From assembly GCA_964016885.1 (NCBI GenBank), contig OZ024755.1:682001-746000 (forward strand): DNA of 64,000 bases, written 5' to 3'. Both the position numbers and the translations under genes were made by a program. The first letter of the stretch is position 1. The number at the start of each line of letters is the position of its first letter. This document shows, piece after piece, positions 50,973-64,000 of the stretch. The DNA comes from Eledone cirrhosa. Taxonomy: Eukaryota. The notes under the pieces were generated by a model. It saw only the letters and a program-made list of their open reading frames with translations, made no database searches and was not told the origin of the DNA.

Positions 50973-52480
50973 GTATGTATGTATGTATGTGTGTATATAT
51001 ATATATATTTGTGTGTATGTGCATATACATACATAGACACATGCACACACATACACAAACATACATTCACATGTATGTGCATATATATACACATGCAAAC
51101 TGGCACATACACACACATATGAATTAGTGCAGTGTTTGACTTTTCACTAGAAACACAAATGCCTTATCAAACCAGTTTCAATTGAAGAATCAAAATACAG
51201 TAAAAGTTAGCTAGTCTTGCACTGAAAATATCACTACTTTATTATGAAATATTAATAAAGGAAATTACACATAGATGTAAAACTAACACAAACATACTGT
51301 CTTAGAAGAGTTAGAAAAACACCAAAGTTTGGATATTTAAATCTATACCAGTACTCAATTAAATCCACTAATCTCACACCTTACTGAGGGCACCATTACT
51401 TTTACTATGGAACCAGCAGCCCCAGAGAGGTCACCATGTCTTTGAAACAACTGAAGACTTCTTCCAACCCTTTTGGCAAGCTTTCAATGGATGGAAGCTC
51501 TTCCTAACACCAATAATTCTATAGTAGCACCAACATGAGGGAGATTGTCGCTCCTTTATTCAACTGACAATCTGTCTCTACCTTGTGGAGTGGAGAGGGG
51601 ATATAATAAATATAATGCCATGGGTGGAGAGTGGGGTGAATGGACGTCAACATATTATTATTGATTTAAACACAAATGTTTATCTCAGTTAAACAACTTA
51701 GGAAGTGCTGTAACTACAGATTTTGAAAAATGAGATATGGCTCTTTATCAAATTACTTTTATATTTCTTGTCAACAAATTATTTTTTCTTTTAGCAAATA
51801 TTTATTTTTATTTATTTTTTCATTGAAACATTTATTTATTTATTTCTGTGCCAAGGTAAGTTTGACAATATTGAAAACCTAATCATTTATGTTGATAAAT
51901 ATATAATTGATATGAAAAATTAATATGAACTCCTGAGTTAGCGAAGTACCTATTTACTGTTCAGTCTATAAGAGAAAAAGTAGAGTGTATTTGAGAAACC
52001 CAACATATTTGGTATAACTGTAGCTGCCCATCACTGTCTCTCTTCCTTTGCTATCTTCTCTTCCATTCTCTTGTCATCATTTAACCACATAACTTTTAAT
52101 GAACAAAGACAACCTTGAGGACAAATGTGTCTTTGCCAGAGACAAGCAACCTCTCTACTGTTGGCACCACATAAAATGCATCCAGTACACTCTGTAAATA
52201 GATAAGACAAAAGGAGTTATTTGAATACAATTTAATTTATCCATGTATCTCTGCTGAAGAAAAGCATAATCACTTATTTTAAGCCACAGCAACTCACTTT
52301 ACAAGTAGCTTCTGTTTCACTATGAATTGGTCTGTAAATATACTCTCCTGCTTCCATTCCAATGACCTGCTCATAAAATATCTTTAGATATTGTTTTAAT
52401 AACACAACTATCAGTTTTATATTAAGTTAATTATCTAAATAAAGAAATCTCTGAAGTTCTAACGGAGACACTATCTTAGT

Positions 52481-52686
52481 TACTGTATATACTTGAATAT
52501 AAACCGAGGAATATGTGAGCGATGGTTGACTTATATGTGGGGGTCAATATTTTGATGATTATCACCAACTTTAAATTCTATGTAAATAATGTTTGAATTT
52601 AGCCCATTTCTCAGTTCAGACACAAAATAATGGCGACAATTTATATTTATATCAACTTATATTCAAGTATAAGCTTATACACGGTA
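52481..52686. mobile_element. pogo/Tigger-like MITE
   Basis: TA-flanked TIRs tactgtatatacttgaatataa / ttatattcaagtat...acacggta. Confidence 0.6.
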
Positions 52687-53498
52687 TATTTCCATTAGTG
52701 TTTTCATTACTGATAGTATTTATTGGTCACAATTCTTGTCAGAATGATGTGGAATTTGAACTCAGAATGTAGAGTTGGATTAGACACTGCAAGGTATTAT
52801 GCTGAACCCTTTAACAATGACAATTCATTACCTATAAAATTTGACGCAATATCTTTCAAAAAAATCTAAAGCAATATCTTTAAAATAATTTCACTGTAGA
52901 TGTTGAATAAATGGTTTATGATAGCTAAGCTCCTACCTGGGTATTTTATTCTAATTTTGTTATCAGCTACGAGTAGAAGAATTTTTAAAAGAATTTCTGA
53001 TATAAGAGAAAACAAACATAATTCTGAGAGATTTCATATCAATATGACTCTCCATTTCAATATCTTCCATTTATTCCACAATACATGATAATTATCTCAC
53101 ACATTAATATATATTTTTTTTGTTAACTAGGTGGGTGGAACTGAATATTATGAAAGCCCATATTTAAGGGCTTTGTACTGAAATAATGTTTCCTATGATA
53201 ATAACTGAATGATTCAACATTCAGATGTCTCATGCAGCCAGTGATACAAAAGTAGTAAAACTAAAACGAGAAGATGTCTTGAAAAAGGAATAATTTCAAT
53301 ATAAACTGTGATGGCAAATGATTTAGAAATAAAAAATATATATATTACAGAACATTTTTGTTGGATGCTCTAACAATACCGTAATCTAGCCACACATTAT
53401 GTAATGTTGGTTTATGAGTGAAAGATTGCCTTCAGTTATTACAAGAGAGGGGGAGGGGATAAAAGTGAGGCTGTGGAAGAGTTACATGGTTCCATATC

Positions 53499-53605
53499 TA
53501 TGAGGGTAGGCTGGAAAATTCATAGGCTGACTATGAAGGAATGATGCTAGAGCTGTGAAATCTTGCATGCATTAATTTCAACTCTTCTTATTAATAACTG
53601 CATTG
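53499..53605. mobile_element. mariner-like MITE, left part
   Basis: tatgagggtaggctggaaaattcataggctgac...gctagagctgtgaaatcttgcatgcattaatttcaactc shared with 38477. Confidence 0.75.
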
Positions 53606-54204
53606 AACAACACTACTGTTACCACTTTTACCACCACAACTACTATCACTACTCCAACAACATTAACACCACCACTTCCAACACCACCACTATCACCACA
53701 ACAACCACCTACACCACCATTACCACCGCCACTTCCAACACCACCACTATTACCACCACAACAACCACCTACACCACCACTACACCACCACTACCACCAC
53801 CACCACCACTACCACCCATACAACTTTCCTCTCCCTCCATATAGTAATTATAATTTAAGTTTAGTTTGATTATTCCGGATTAAAGATCTTAAAACATCCT
53901 TGCCAGTTATTAAATCTCAGTACATCAGACATTAAACCAATATTCCTATGTGATTGGTGATTGATCTGTATTAGTTTACACGGTACATTGTTGATTAACT
54001 TGATCTTGTAACTTTTTATTGTTTCATCAAAACACCAGCTTTTCTCAACTTTTCAACTTCTCAAATTTTCAAAGAAATTTTTCCCTGAAGTAATTCACTT
54101 ATTATGATTCTTAAAAATATCTATTGATCTTAGCCATTTAAACCAATATAAACTCGATCACCTAATCTTTGCATTCTTTTTCCTTATTTCTACCTATATT
54201 TTTA

Positions 54205-54394
54205 TAATAATAATTGTTTCTACTTTAGGCACAAGGCCAGCAATTACCCAGTGCATTACTGGTACTTTATTTTATCGACCCCGTAAGGATGAAAGGCAAA
54301 GTCAACCTCGGCGGGATTTGAACTCAGATCGTAAAGGGACGTAACTATGCTAGAAAGCATGGCGTCCGACACTCTACCGATACTGCCAATCCAC
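54205..54394 (-). mobile_element. SINE family A inserted at a CR1 tail
   Basis: Flanked both sides by tatttttataataataat. Confidence 0.9.
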
Positions 54395-54402
54395 CTATTT
54401 TT

Positions 54403-54608
54403 ATAATAATAATAATGAAATTATTGTGTACAGTGCTCAGGTGCACTACAACTCGTCAAAGGTGCATATATAGTACATAGAATAGTATACAAATGTCAGG
54501 GAAGTGAATAGTGTATGAGTCATGATATACATGTGTGCGTGTGTATGGAGGGGGAACATTAGGTGTAGTGTTGGCGAATCTCAGGAAACATGGAGGTTTT
54601 AAAGGATC
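54403..54608 (-). mobile_element. CR1 3' fragment
   Basis: Reverse complement of ~5603-5802. Confidence 0.88.
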
Positions 54609-56032
54609 ATTAGAAATACATATTTATTTGAGTGGTGGAGGGGATCACTTGCAACTTTCCTTGTATATTCTGTATATTTAGAACTATATTATCCAATGTG
54701 TACATTCCTTTCTTTAACAAGATTAGAGGGCAATTTTGAGGGAGATTCAGCTACCATTTCTCCATTTTACCCTATCCTCTGTGTTCCCCACCCCACACCT
54801 ATATTAACTCCTTGGTTTTTGTTTCCTCCTCCATCACCTTTAGCCATATCTGTGTGTGTGTGTGTGTATCTATGTGTGTGTGTGTGTCTGTATCTGTGTG
54901 TTATATATGTGTGCATATTTATGTATATGTATGTATATATGTATGTGTTTATCTATGTATATATGTGTGTGTGTCTGTGTGTATATATATATATGTGTGT
55001 GTATGTGTGCATAAGCATACGTTTGTACAGATATATTATATAAATATTAGCAAAGATCTTAAAAGAATTTTTTATTTTTGTTAGAAAAAAGGTCTTTTTA
55101 AAAATGTTATGGAAGCTAAACATAACTGTAATGGCAACAGACTGGTTGATTTCTATTGAAATACATGAGACTACTTCAAAATTGAAGTTGAATTTTTCAT
55201 TCAAAAGTTAATGCTTCCACAAATATGGATAAATCTTTTTACACAGACCTGTGAAAATTGTGTTTTTGATTTCCTAATCAAACTAAATTGAATAATTTTC
55301 ATGGAGAAATAATGAATAAAAGAAATGTTTTATCAAACTCCCTGAAAAAAAACATGAGAAAAAAATATATATCAGATATTAATTCTTACTGCAATCCATT
55401 TGTATTAAAAATTCAATAATTTTTCCATTGGTTTGATATCAACATACCAGAGGCATGATCTGATTTCAACAGAACCAATCAATAGATATCTCTTCGTATA
55501 TCTATTCCCCAATTCTTCGTGAATTTCAATGAATTTATTTAGATGTTTTCAAAAGACTGCAAAGATAAAGAAATTTTATTTGATAAAGGCACACTGGATT
55601 TTTTATATAATAAAATCTAAAAAAAAATCGATCATCTAAATTTTCATTGATTTTTTTATTATTCTTATTCTATTTTTAATCTAAGGAATTGATGCAGTAA
55701 ATAAGTATTCAATTTTCTTTATTAATTTCAAAGATGCTTGACTGATTAACTTTTTCAGTACAAACACACATAGACACTACTAATACACACACACACACAC
55801 ACACACATACTTAATACAGACACATACACATAGATACATGCACATATGAAATTATAGCAATATCAAGTTATAAAATATAAGAACACGAGGTGTATATTAC
55901 TCACACACACACACATATATATATGTGTGTAGTTATCGCTGCAAAGCTATACCAGTGACTCAAGGGCAGGAGTTTTGCGCCTCAGGGATTTTATTCAAAT
56001 CTCTGTATACATTTCTCCCCACCCCCCTCTCT

Positions 56033-56071
<39 letters not shown>

Positions 56072-56519
56072 GGTGGGGGGGGGGAATATATATATGCTCA
56101 TAATACCTTTAAGGATATTGATTTTAATTGTCCTTATCTTTGTATCGTTATTTATAATCTCATCAGTGAAATTAAAAAAACAACTCAAAACTAAACATCG
56201 AAAGATTTAAATCTATTTTTCTCACCTTCGTTTTATTTGTCGTATTTTTACTTACAATATAAAAATATTTGTATTTGAAAAGATAATTATTTAAGAAGTG
56301 ATTGTTTCTTGCTAATAAAAAGGGAGAAATGGGCCTCAGTCAGTTTTAATGAGGAGTGTTTCAGTTTTTCAGGAAAAAAAGTAGTTTACTCATAGAATTG
56401 ATATGTACATGGTTGAATATTCCTGAGACATATCTATCCTTAATGTGATATAATTTGTATCACATATTAAAGTTATATAACCTATTAAAGTTTAAAATAT
56501 CATGAAGAATATCATAAAG

Positions 56520-57047
56520 AACTATCAAAGTTTACTGAGAAACTCTGCAGGAACCCTCCATCATAGAGAGCTATCAAAGTTTACTGAGAAACTCTGCAGG
56601 AACCCTCCATCATAGAGAACTATCAAAGTTTACTGAGAAACTCTGCAGGAACCCTCCATCATAGAGAGCTATCAAAGTTTACTGAGAAACTCTGCAGGAA
56701 CCCTCCATCATAGAGAACTATCAAACTTTACTGAGAAACTCTGCAGGAACCCTCCATCATAGAGAACTATCAAACTTTACTGAGAAACTCTGCAGGAACC
56801 CTCCATCATAGAGAACTATCAAACTTTACTGAGAAACTCTGCAGGAACCCTCCATCATAGAGAACTATCAAACTTTACTGAGAAACTCTGCAGGAACCCT
56901 CCATCATAGAGAGCTATCAAACTTTACTGAGAAACTCTGCAGGAACCCTCCATCATAGAGAACTATCAAACTTTACTGAGAAACTCTGCAGGAACCCTCC
57001 ATCATAGAGAGCTATCAAACTTTACCGAGAAACTCTGCAGGAACCCC
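56520..57047. repeat. 49-bp minisatellite, about 11 copies
   Basis: (a/g)ctatcaaa(g/c)tttactgagaaactctgcaggaaccctccatcatagaga; period 49 (56522, 56571). Confidence 0.97.
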
Positions 57048-57634
57048 CTATTCTTCTGTTTTTCAAGTACCCCAGAAATACTTTAGTGAACTCTTTGAGT
57101 TAGTCTGAAGCCAGGTCAAAGAACATTGGTTTAATCTACTAACATGAACAATCTATAGAACAGGAACAACCCAGAATTTTCTAAAGTATGTTAAAATTGT
57201 TTTTTATATGAAGAACAAGATAAAAAAAATCAATGATAAATCAATACATATGTATGCCACACAAGTGTGATGAGTAGAGTAAAGTGTTTGATTTTATCCT
57301 AATCAGCTGCATCTATTAATAGATCATTAGTTCTGTTAACTTCATGGTAATACTTCTGAAAGGAAGGAATTGGTAAAGTCTTTGGAACATTTTATATAAT
57401 ACCTTGTGGTATTTATTCCTGCTCTCTGCATTTAGAGTTCAAATCTCACCACAGTCAACTTTGCTTTTCATCTTTATAGGATCCCTAAAATACCAGTCAT
57501 GTACTGGGCTCAATTCCTCTCTCTCTCTATCTATCTCTCTATCTCTCACTCTATCTCTCTCTCTCTCTCAGCTAAATTATGGTGTATGAATCGTGATGGG
57601 GGGGGGGTCCACACAGCATCCCTTTCTCCAAAAA

Positions 57635-57730
57635 TGATTCTTGATTTAGGCACAAAGCCAACAAATTTTTTTTGTGGTGGGGAGGGGGAAAGTCGATTAA
57701 ATCAGCCCCAGTGCATTACTGGTACTTCAT
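57635..57730 (-). mobile_element. SINE A-related 3' variant
   Basis: ttaggcacaaagcc...gggggaaagtcgatt...cagtgcattactggtactt; like 5990-6060 and 48315-48400. Confidence 0.6.
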
Positions 57731-59437
57731 GACACTACCAATTTATTAGCATGGTACCTCTTTACAGCTAAATAGACTTGGCCACTGATAATAATTGCTT
57801 CAGTTATGGATACAGTAAGTTATAAACTATTGTCATTGCAGTCAATAGACTAACAGACTGATATCTTGTTGACAAGCCTAATTAGGACTTGCAGGGGTGG
57901 GGGAGGAGAGTAAAAGATTTAAGTTCTAAATCTAGTTGTTGTTTTTTTTTACTTCAATAAGCCAAAAATAAAAAAAATAAAAACTGAATAAATATAATCT
58001 TGAAATCAACTTAGAGAAAATCAAATAATTCAATATATCTCACCAAATTTTGGTAGACCTATAAATTCATTATAGAACCATTGAAATCAATGAATTTTTC
58101 TTTAGCTGCCAATTTCAACTGATGTTATAAAATATAGTAGACTCTTTGACTTCTACAGCTGCAGGCAATGTGTAAAAATTAATGAGTATACTTCAGAAAA
58201 TGGCCTCCAACCATTACATTACATTTTATCTTACTACAGAATGAATTCCATCATTATGTTTTTCTAAATATTTGTTGTTTTTCTTCTTTCTTTTCTTTGT
58301 TCTTTGTTCTTTCTTTGATTCCTTTATTCTTTAAATGGTTTGATTGATTTTTTTTGTTGTTGTTTTGGATTTTCTGTTTCTAAAATATTCTAATTCATTC
58401 GTCGATTAATTTGGCACCAATATTAAGGGTAAAAATATTTCTTTGCGAAAGATCTTAATAAGTAATTTTTATACAAAGATTTACTCCAGGTTTCCACATT
58501 TGTGTCTGTCTAGAATAAATATTCGGTTCTATGTGTGTTTGTATCTTTTGCGGATATCACAAAATTTACTAATTTTTAAAAGAAATAACTCTTCCTCATC
58601 ATCATCATCCTTTTATGTCTGTTTTCCAAGCTGGCATGTGTTGGATGGGTTGTCACAGTCTGAGACTAAACAGGTCAGATGACTGTGTTTTTCTCATACA
58701 CACATTCCAATAACAATCTCTATGGTTGGTATCCACACAGTTTCTACCTCTCAAATTTAACTCATGTAGTTTTGGTTGACTCAAGGCTAAGATGGAATAG
58801 ACTTGTTCAAGGTGTAATACAATGGGATTGAACACAAAACCATACAGTTACATAACAAACCTGTTAACCACACAGCCATACCTAAACCCACACAGTTACA
58901 TAACAAACCTGTTAACCACACAGCCGTACCTAAACCCAAACAGTTATGTAATCCCACACTTCCTCAATACAAAATTGAAGATCAATGTTAATAGTTATTT
59001 GTGTTTGACTTACAGCTATTGAAAATAATTTGAATTTTATTTCTATCAATAACAACTACTTTTCTATGAATTAATGAAAAAGAAATTTTTATTACTAAAT
59101 AACATGGCCAATTAACTGTCATTTAAATTCTTTTACAAAGTGATTTATTAGCCTCTTTCTTAGAGAGCAACTTCTTGATTCCCTTGTGGTAGAGAACAAA
59201 TTAGTAAAATGTCTAATTTATTTTTATCTCTCCTACTTTCTTCAAAAACACCGTTAAATGTTGACGTAGTCTACATCCATGGCTGTTGTTCTCTACATTT
59301 AAAGTTTGATTTTACATCTTCAAAAGGTTGTAAATTTAGTGACGATTTTTTTTTAAAGAAGTATTTGTTAAATAATTAATATGAAGCAAATGTTGAAATA
59401 TTTATAGTCATTAGTTCAATGGTTGCAGAAAAGATGT

Positions 59438-59550
59438 GGAGGTGTGTGGCTTAGTGGTAAGGTTGTTGGACTATCATAATGTTGTTGGTTCAATTCCTGG
59501 ACTGGGTTGGGTTGTGTTCTTCATTTCACATTGCTTCAGTATACTCAGCA
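59438..59550 (+). mobile_element. SINE family B, diverged
   Basis: gtggcttagtggtaagg...ggttcaattcctgg. Confidence 0.65.
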
Positions 59551-60832
59551 TTAGATACAAAACAATAGGCTTCTGATGGCTGAACATTTGGGATCACAAC
59601 TTTAAACAATTTGGGTTGGCCTGATGCTAAATACAACAACTTTTCTTGCAAAGATTTTAACAAAGTTTTTAATCTTTTTGAGTGATTCACCTCTAATGTT
59701 TCAATATATTCACTGACTATTCTCATTTAAGAAATATATTCTGAGAATGACTTAGAAAGCTACAAATATTTCTCAGTGAATAACACCATTTGTAAAAATA
59801 TCTTTGGTATAGTGACAGCAGCAGTAGTAATAGTCTAAATATCTAATTTAATACTCAAGCAACATACCTATTAGATATATATAAATCATAACAATCAAAT
59901 TCCATAAATTTATCAATGTCAGTCCCCAAGATTTATGTTACTAATTCAACCAAATTTGTCTCAATTTGAAGAAACACTTATTGAATATTACATCTACTTC
60001 ATCTTGTCTGAAAATCATAGCCCGTGAAATATGAAATATTCTTTTGGATTCGCTTAAATGGATATTTTAGCTATTGCAATTATTGTGAAACGATATGATG
60101 TATCAAGCTTCATTTTAAATGCTTTACTCTTTAATTATTTATGATCAACTTCAGAGTGAATTGTGTACAGTTTTATATAATCTAATATTCCATTTTCTCT
60201 CTTAACCTTCACAAACACTTGTGTTATTTTCTTTATTGATCGTATTTTACACTTCCATCAGAAAATTGTAGCAGTTCTGGTTTTAATTTCATTAAATGTT
60301 TTCGTGAATAAGTAGAAAACTTGAAATCTCCTTATGTAATAAAATATACTTCTTAGGTGTGTTATTTCACTTATAGGAAATAGAATTTATATATGTATGT
60401 TTATATATATACAAAAGTTATATATGTATGTGTATATATATAAAAGTTATATATGTATTTGTATATATACAAAAGTTACATACGTATTTGTATATACAAA
60501 ATTTACATACGTATTTGTATATATACAAAAGTTACATATTTATATGTATAGATATACACACGTATATACAAAATTATTTACACACACACACATATATATA
60601 TAATAAAAATTCAAGTCATTAGGAATATACTTCACTGCTTTACAATCGTTTCTAGGTGATAATAATACATTGTATGCATATTTTGTTATCGATCTATGTA
60701 AGGTTAGTTACAAAATTTCAAATAAGGAATATATTTACCTACATGTATATCGTCACATATGGATTACATTAAGTTCTTCATGCAGACTAGACCCCACAAC
60801 TAACCGTGGATATTTCTGTGTATATATATATG

Positions 60833-60888
<56 letters not shown>

Positions 60889-61122
60889 TCCCAGTGTAAA
60901 TCAGGAGGTGACCACTGTTAAAAAGGTACTCAATACATTAGTAGAATACAATTAAATGAATACATATATATATATATTATATACGAGATAACAAAGTTTC
61001 ACTTTAGAATGATTTTATTGCACATCGAATGTAACATGTTTCACAGATTGAGATAAAAAAATAATATATATATATAAATTAAAGTATAGAAATTGTTGTG
61101 AGCATGAAGCCAACAGTATTTC

Positions 61123-61159
<37 letters not shown>

Positions 61160-61431
61160 GTGACAGGAGGAAGAGAGTGCAAATAATAAGACAGTGTCTG
61201 TCTCCATGTATCTTATTGATAGTCTCATAATAATATATTCCCGCTTGTTTCTCAAGTTTGTCTTTTTTTTCACAAGTCAGAGATTTTATATTAAATTAAA
61301 AATATAAAAAATATTCTCAAATAATTTTGTCTCAAGTGAACTTTAATGATGTTCGTGATTTGTTAACTTTGGTGTGATATTAACTCTATCATGTTCCGGC
61401 TGCTTGTATATTTAAAACGTACCCTATTGAT

Positions 61432-61592
61432 TGACCTAATGGTTAAGATACTTGACATATGATTGTAATGTTGTTGGTTCAATTCCTGAACAGGCTGTTG
61501 TGTTGTGTTCTTGAGCAAAACACTTTATTTCACGTTGGTTCAGTAGACTCAGCTGAGATGCGTGAGTATCAGCAGTACCACAAGGAAACAAG
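61432..61592 (+). mobile_element. SINE family B
   Basis: ggttcaattcc...gtgttcttgagcaaaacactttatttcacgttgg. Confidence 0.75.
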
Positions 61593-62899
61593 TATTTGAT
61601 GGGTTTATATAATCTTTAGCTCTTAGTAGTATTCTGAAATGGAAGTACTAATTTGCATAAAATTAGCATACATGTTGTTAGTTAATATATGTTAGGTATA
61701 AATTAAATATTTAATTCTTTTCTTACATTTGTACCATATTTTGTTGTCTGAACTTTCCATCTAATCATGTGATACCTCCCACTTCAACTAGTCCCAAACT
61801 CTTACTGTAACTCCCCTACTGTAACTCCCTCTCAAATTTATTCTCTTACTCTCACTCACTTTTATTTCCCTTCTGTTACCACTACTCCCTTTGTTGTTTG
61901 ATAGTCTCTCACTTCCTCAGTATCCTTGTTTGCGTGACAACAAATAAAAAACATTGTAAATTATATGATGTGGCATTTCATTTGTATTCAGATAGCTTTA
62001 ATTATTTTTGTTCTGTGGAGATACATTGTCAGCCATTTGTTTAAATTTATGCACAAAGCTAATGTAGCGCATCAATTTACCTGTCCATATGACAGTTGCT
62101 AACATCATAAAAGCATAAAATGCAATGACAAAATATGCATAAATCTTAGCAGATAAGAGGCAAATATAAATATATTTCCTGAGTTAACTCATTAATTATC
62201 TTTCAGAAAGAACCGAATGTAAGTTTCTTTAGATATATCTTCAAATATATATGACACAGATAAATGAATATCGATGTTTTCACTTATGTAAGACTGTAAC
62301 GAGATAGTTCTGGTTGTAAAACCAAGAAAAATGGGATTTTATCTAGTAACCAGATTGTAACCTACAATTCTGGATTTTAAATCCTACCTGATTTGAATTG
62401 CATATTTCTGACAACAAGGAAAAAAATACAAAATTCACAACAAGACATGAGGTGCAGTCTTGAATATGCAGTGATGCACTAACTACAGGTAATGATTGTA
62501 AGAATGTTTGGTTATTCCAGTGCCTTAGCCTCATTATTGCCCACAACAATGCTATGAGTGTGTTGGTTTGCCTCAAAAGACATGTGTATGGTGTGTGATG
62601 CTGCATGGTAATGAAACATTGGGAAAAAGGAAAGAAGTCAGTTATGAGATTGGACCAAGGAAACTATGTTTAGTTTGGTCTTTCCATAACTAATTCTATC
62701 TGCTGGTTGCAACTCCTGGTAGAAGAGCTACTGCTTTTCCAGTGACAAGAAGTAGGAACCAGAACAGATACGGCAGCTTTTCCAGTGACAGGAGGTAGGA
62801 AACAGTATTGATACAGTAAAGTATCCATCTAATACTTTACCAATTCTGCCAATCCATCATCCATAAACTAGAATTTCATTTATCAACCCCAAAATGAAA

Positions 62900-63000
62900 T
62901 GAAGTGTTTTGCTCAAGAACACAACACACAACCCAGTCCAGGAATCAAACCCACGACTTTATGATCATAAGTCCAACACCCTTACCACTAAGCCATGCAT
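62900..63000 (-). mobile_element. SINE family B
   Basis: aagtgttttgctcaagaacacaacac...ccactaagcca. Confidence 0.75.
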
Positions 63001-63044
63001 GCACCACCACAGAATAAAGTTAAGAAAGCTGCTATTTTTGTCCC

Positions 63045-63260
63045 TCTCTAGATGTTCATGTGCAGTGTATGGTGCATGATGTTGCACAGTAATGAAATAT
63101 TGGCATTTACTGCAGAAGATAGAGAAAAATGACTTGGGCATGATTCTGTGAATGTTTAATGTCAAGTTATATAGAAAACCTGTGTAGAAAGAGAGCAACT
63201 AGATATTAAGTGCAGCGTGCAGTGTGCAGCAATTGATGAGTGCAGAAGGGATAACTGCGC
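63045..63260 (+). mobile_element. Highly decayed RTE ORF fragment
   Basis: atgttgcacagtaatgaaatattggca resembles MLHGSETWA; similar relic at 62570-62625. Confidence 0.5.
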
Positions 63261-64000
63261 TGACAGAAGAAATGACTTTAATGTTAATGGATAAAAATGA
63301 CAGGTAAAAAAGTACTGACAAAAGAAAATAATTGTGTTAGCTGATGATAGAGGAAGGTAGGTGGTGGTGATGTTTATGATGATGATGAACATCATGGTGA
63401 TGATAATGATGAGGAGGAGGAGGATGCTGATAATTATGATATATTTTTAGTTAGTAAATCTCTAGCCAACACAAGAGCAAGAATGAAGTGTTCATTCTAC
63501 TGACATGGCTTAAAAAATGAGGCTTGTTTGCATAATTGCAAACGAATCGAATGTTATTATTAATATTTGAAAAACTCAGATTACATTTTTTAAAAATTAT
63601 TTTTCTCCCTATTTTTAGTTAATGAATCTCTATTTTTCTCCCTATTTAATCTTTGAATGTTTCAATTAACTTTAATAGATTTTGTAAAAAGAAACAAAAT
63701 GGAGTCTTTAAATGTAAACTGGAAAACAATATAAACTTGTTCTTCTGTGTCTCATTATTTCTTCTGTTGTAGTTCCTAGCTGAAAAATTGGTAGATAGAT
63801 AGCAACAACCAGGACTGTATATATATATATTATATATTATATGTTATATATATATATATTGAGAGAAAGAGAGAGAGAGATAGAGAGAGAGAGAGAAAGA
63901 GCGAGGGAGAGAGAGAGAGAGAAAGAGCGAGGGAGAGAGAGAGATGTGTGTGGATGTTTAAACAGTGAATTGTGAATCTCATCAGTTGTCTATTGTTTCA

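Overview
AT-rich, microsatellite-saturated, non-genic-looking eukaryotic DNA. The repeat repertoire (RTE and CR1 LINE fragments, two tRNA-derived SINE families, huge (TA)n/(CAT)n tracts) resembles a coleoid cephalopod such as octopus; this is an inference, not a database result. No host protein-coding gene can be supported. Most ORFs in the track are microsatellite translations, and the real coding remnants all belong to transposons: a near-full-length disabled RTE LINE (endonuclease + RT with an inserted PHD-type finger), 3' CR1/RTE fragments and Tc1/mariner relics. There are MITEs (piggyBac-, mariner-, pogo-like) and 34-bp, 20-bp and 49-bp tandem arrays. The most interesting signal is a set of short non-coding elements embedded in (TA)n tracts that form long fold-back palindromes and carry minimal type-I hammerhead ribozyme motifs of the Penelope-retroelement type (6.3-6.9 kb and a dense cluster at 19.6-21.9 kb). 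They include stem-II covariation between homologous copies and a 730-bp unit with 190-bp terminal redundancy, suggesting a retrozyme-like / non-autonomous Penelope system. Coordinates were read by eye and may be off by a few bases.
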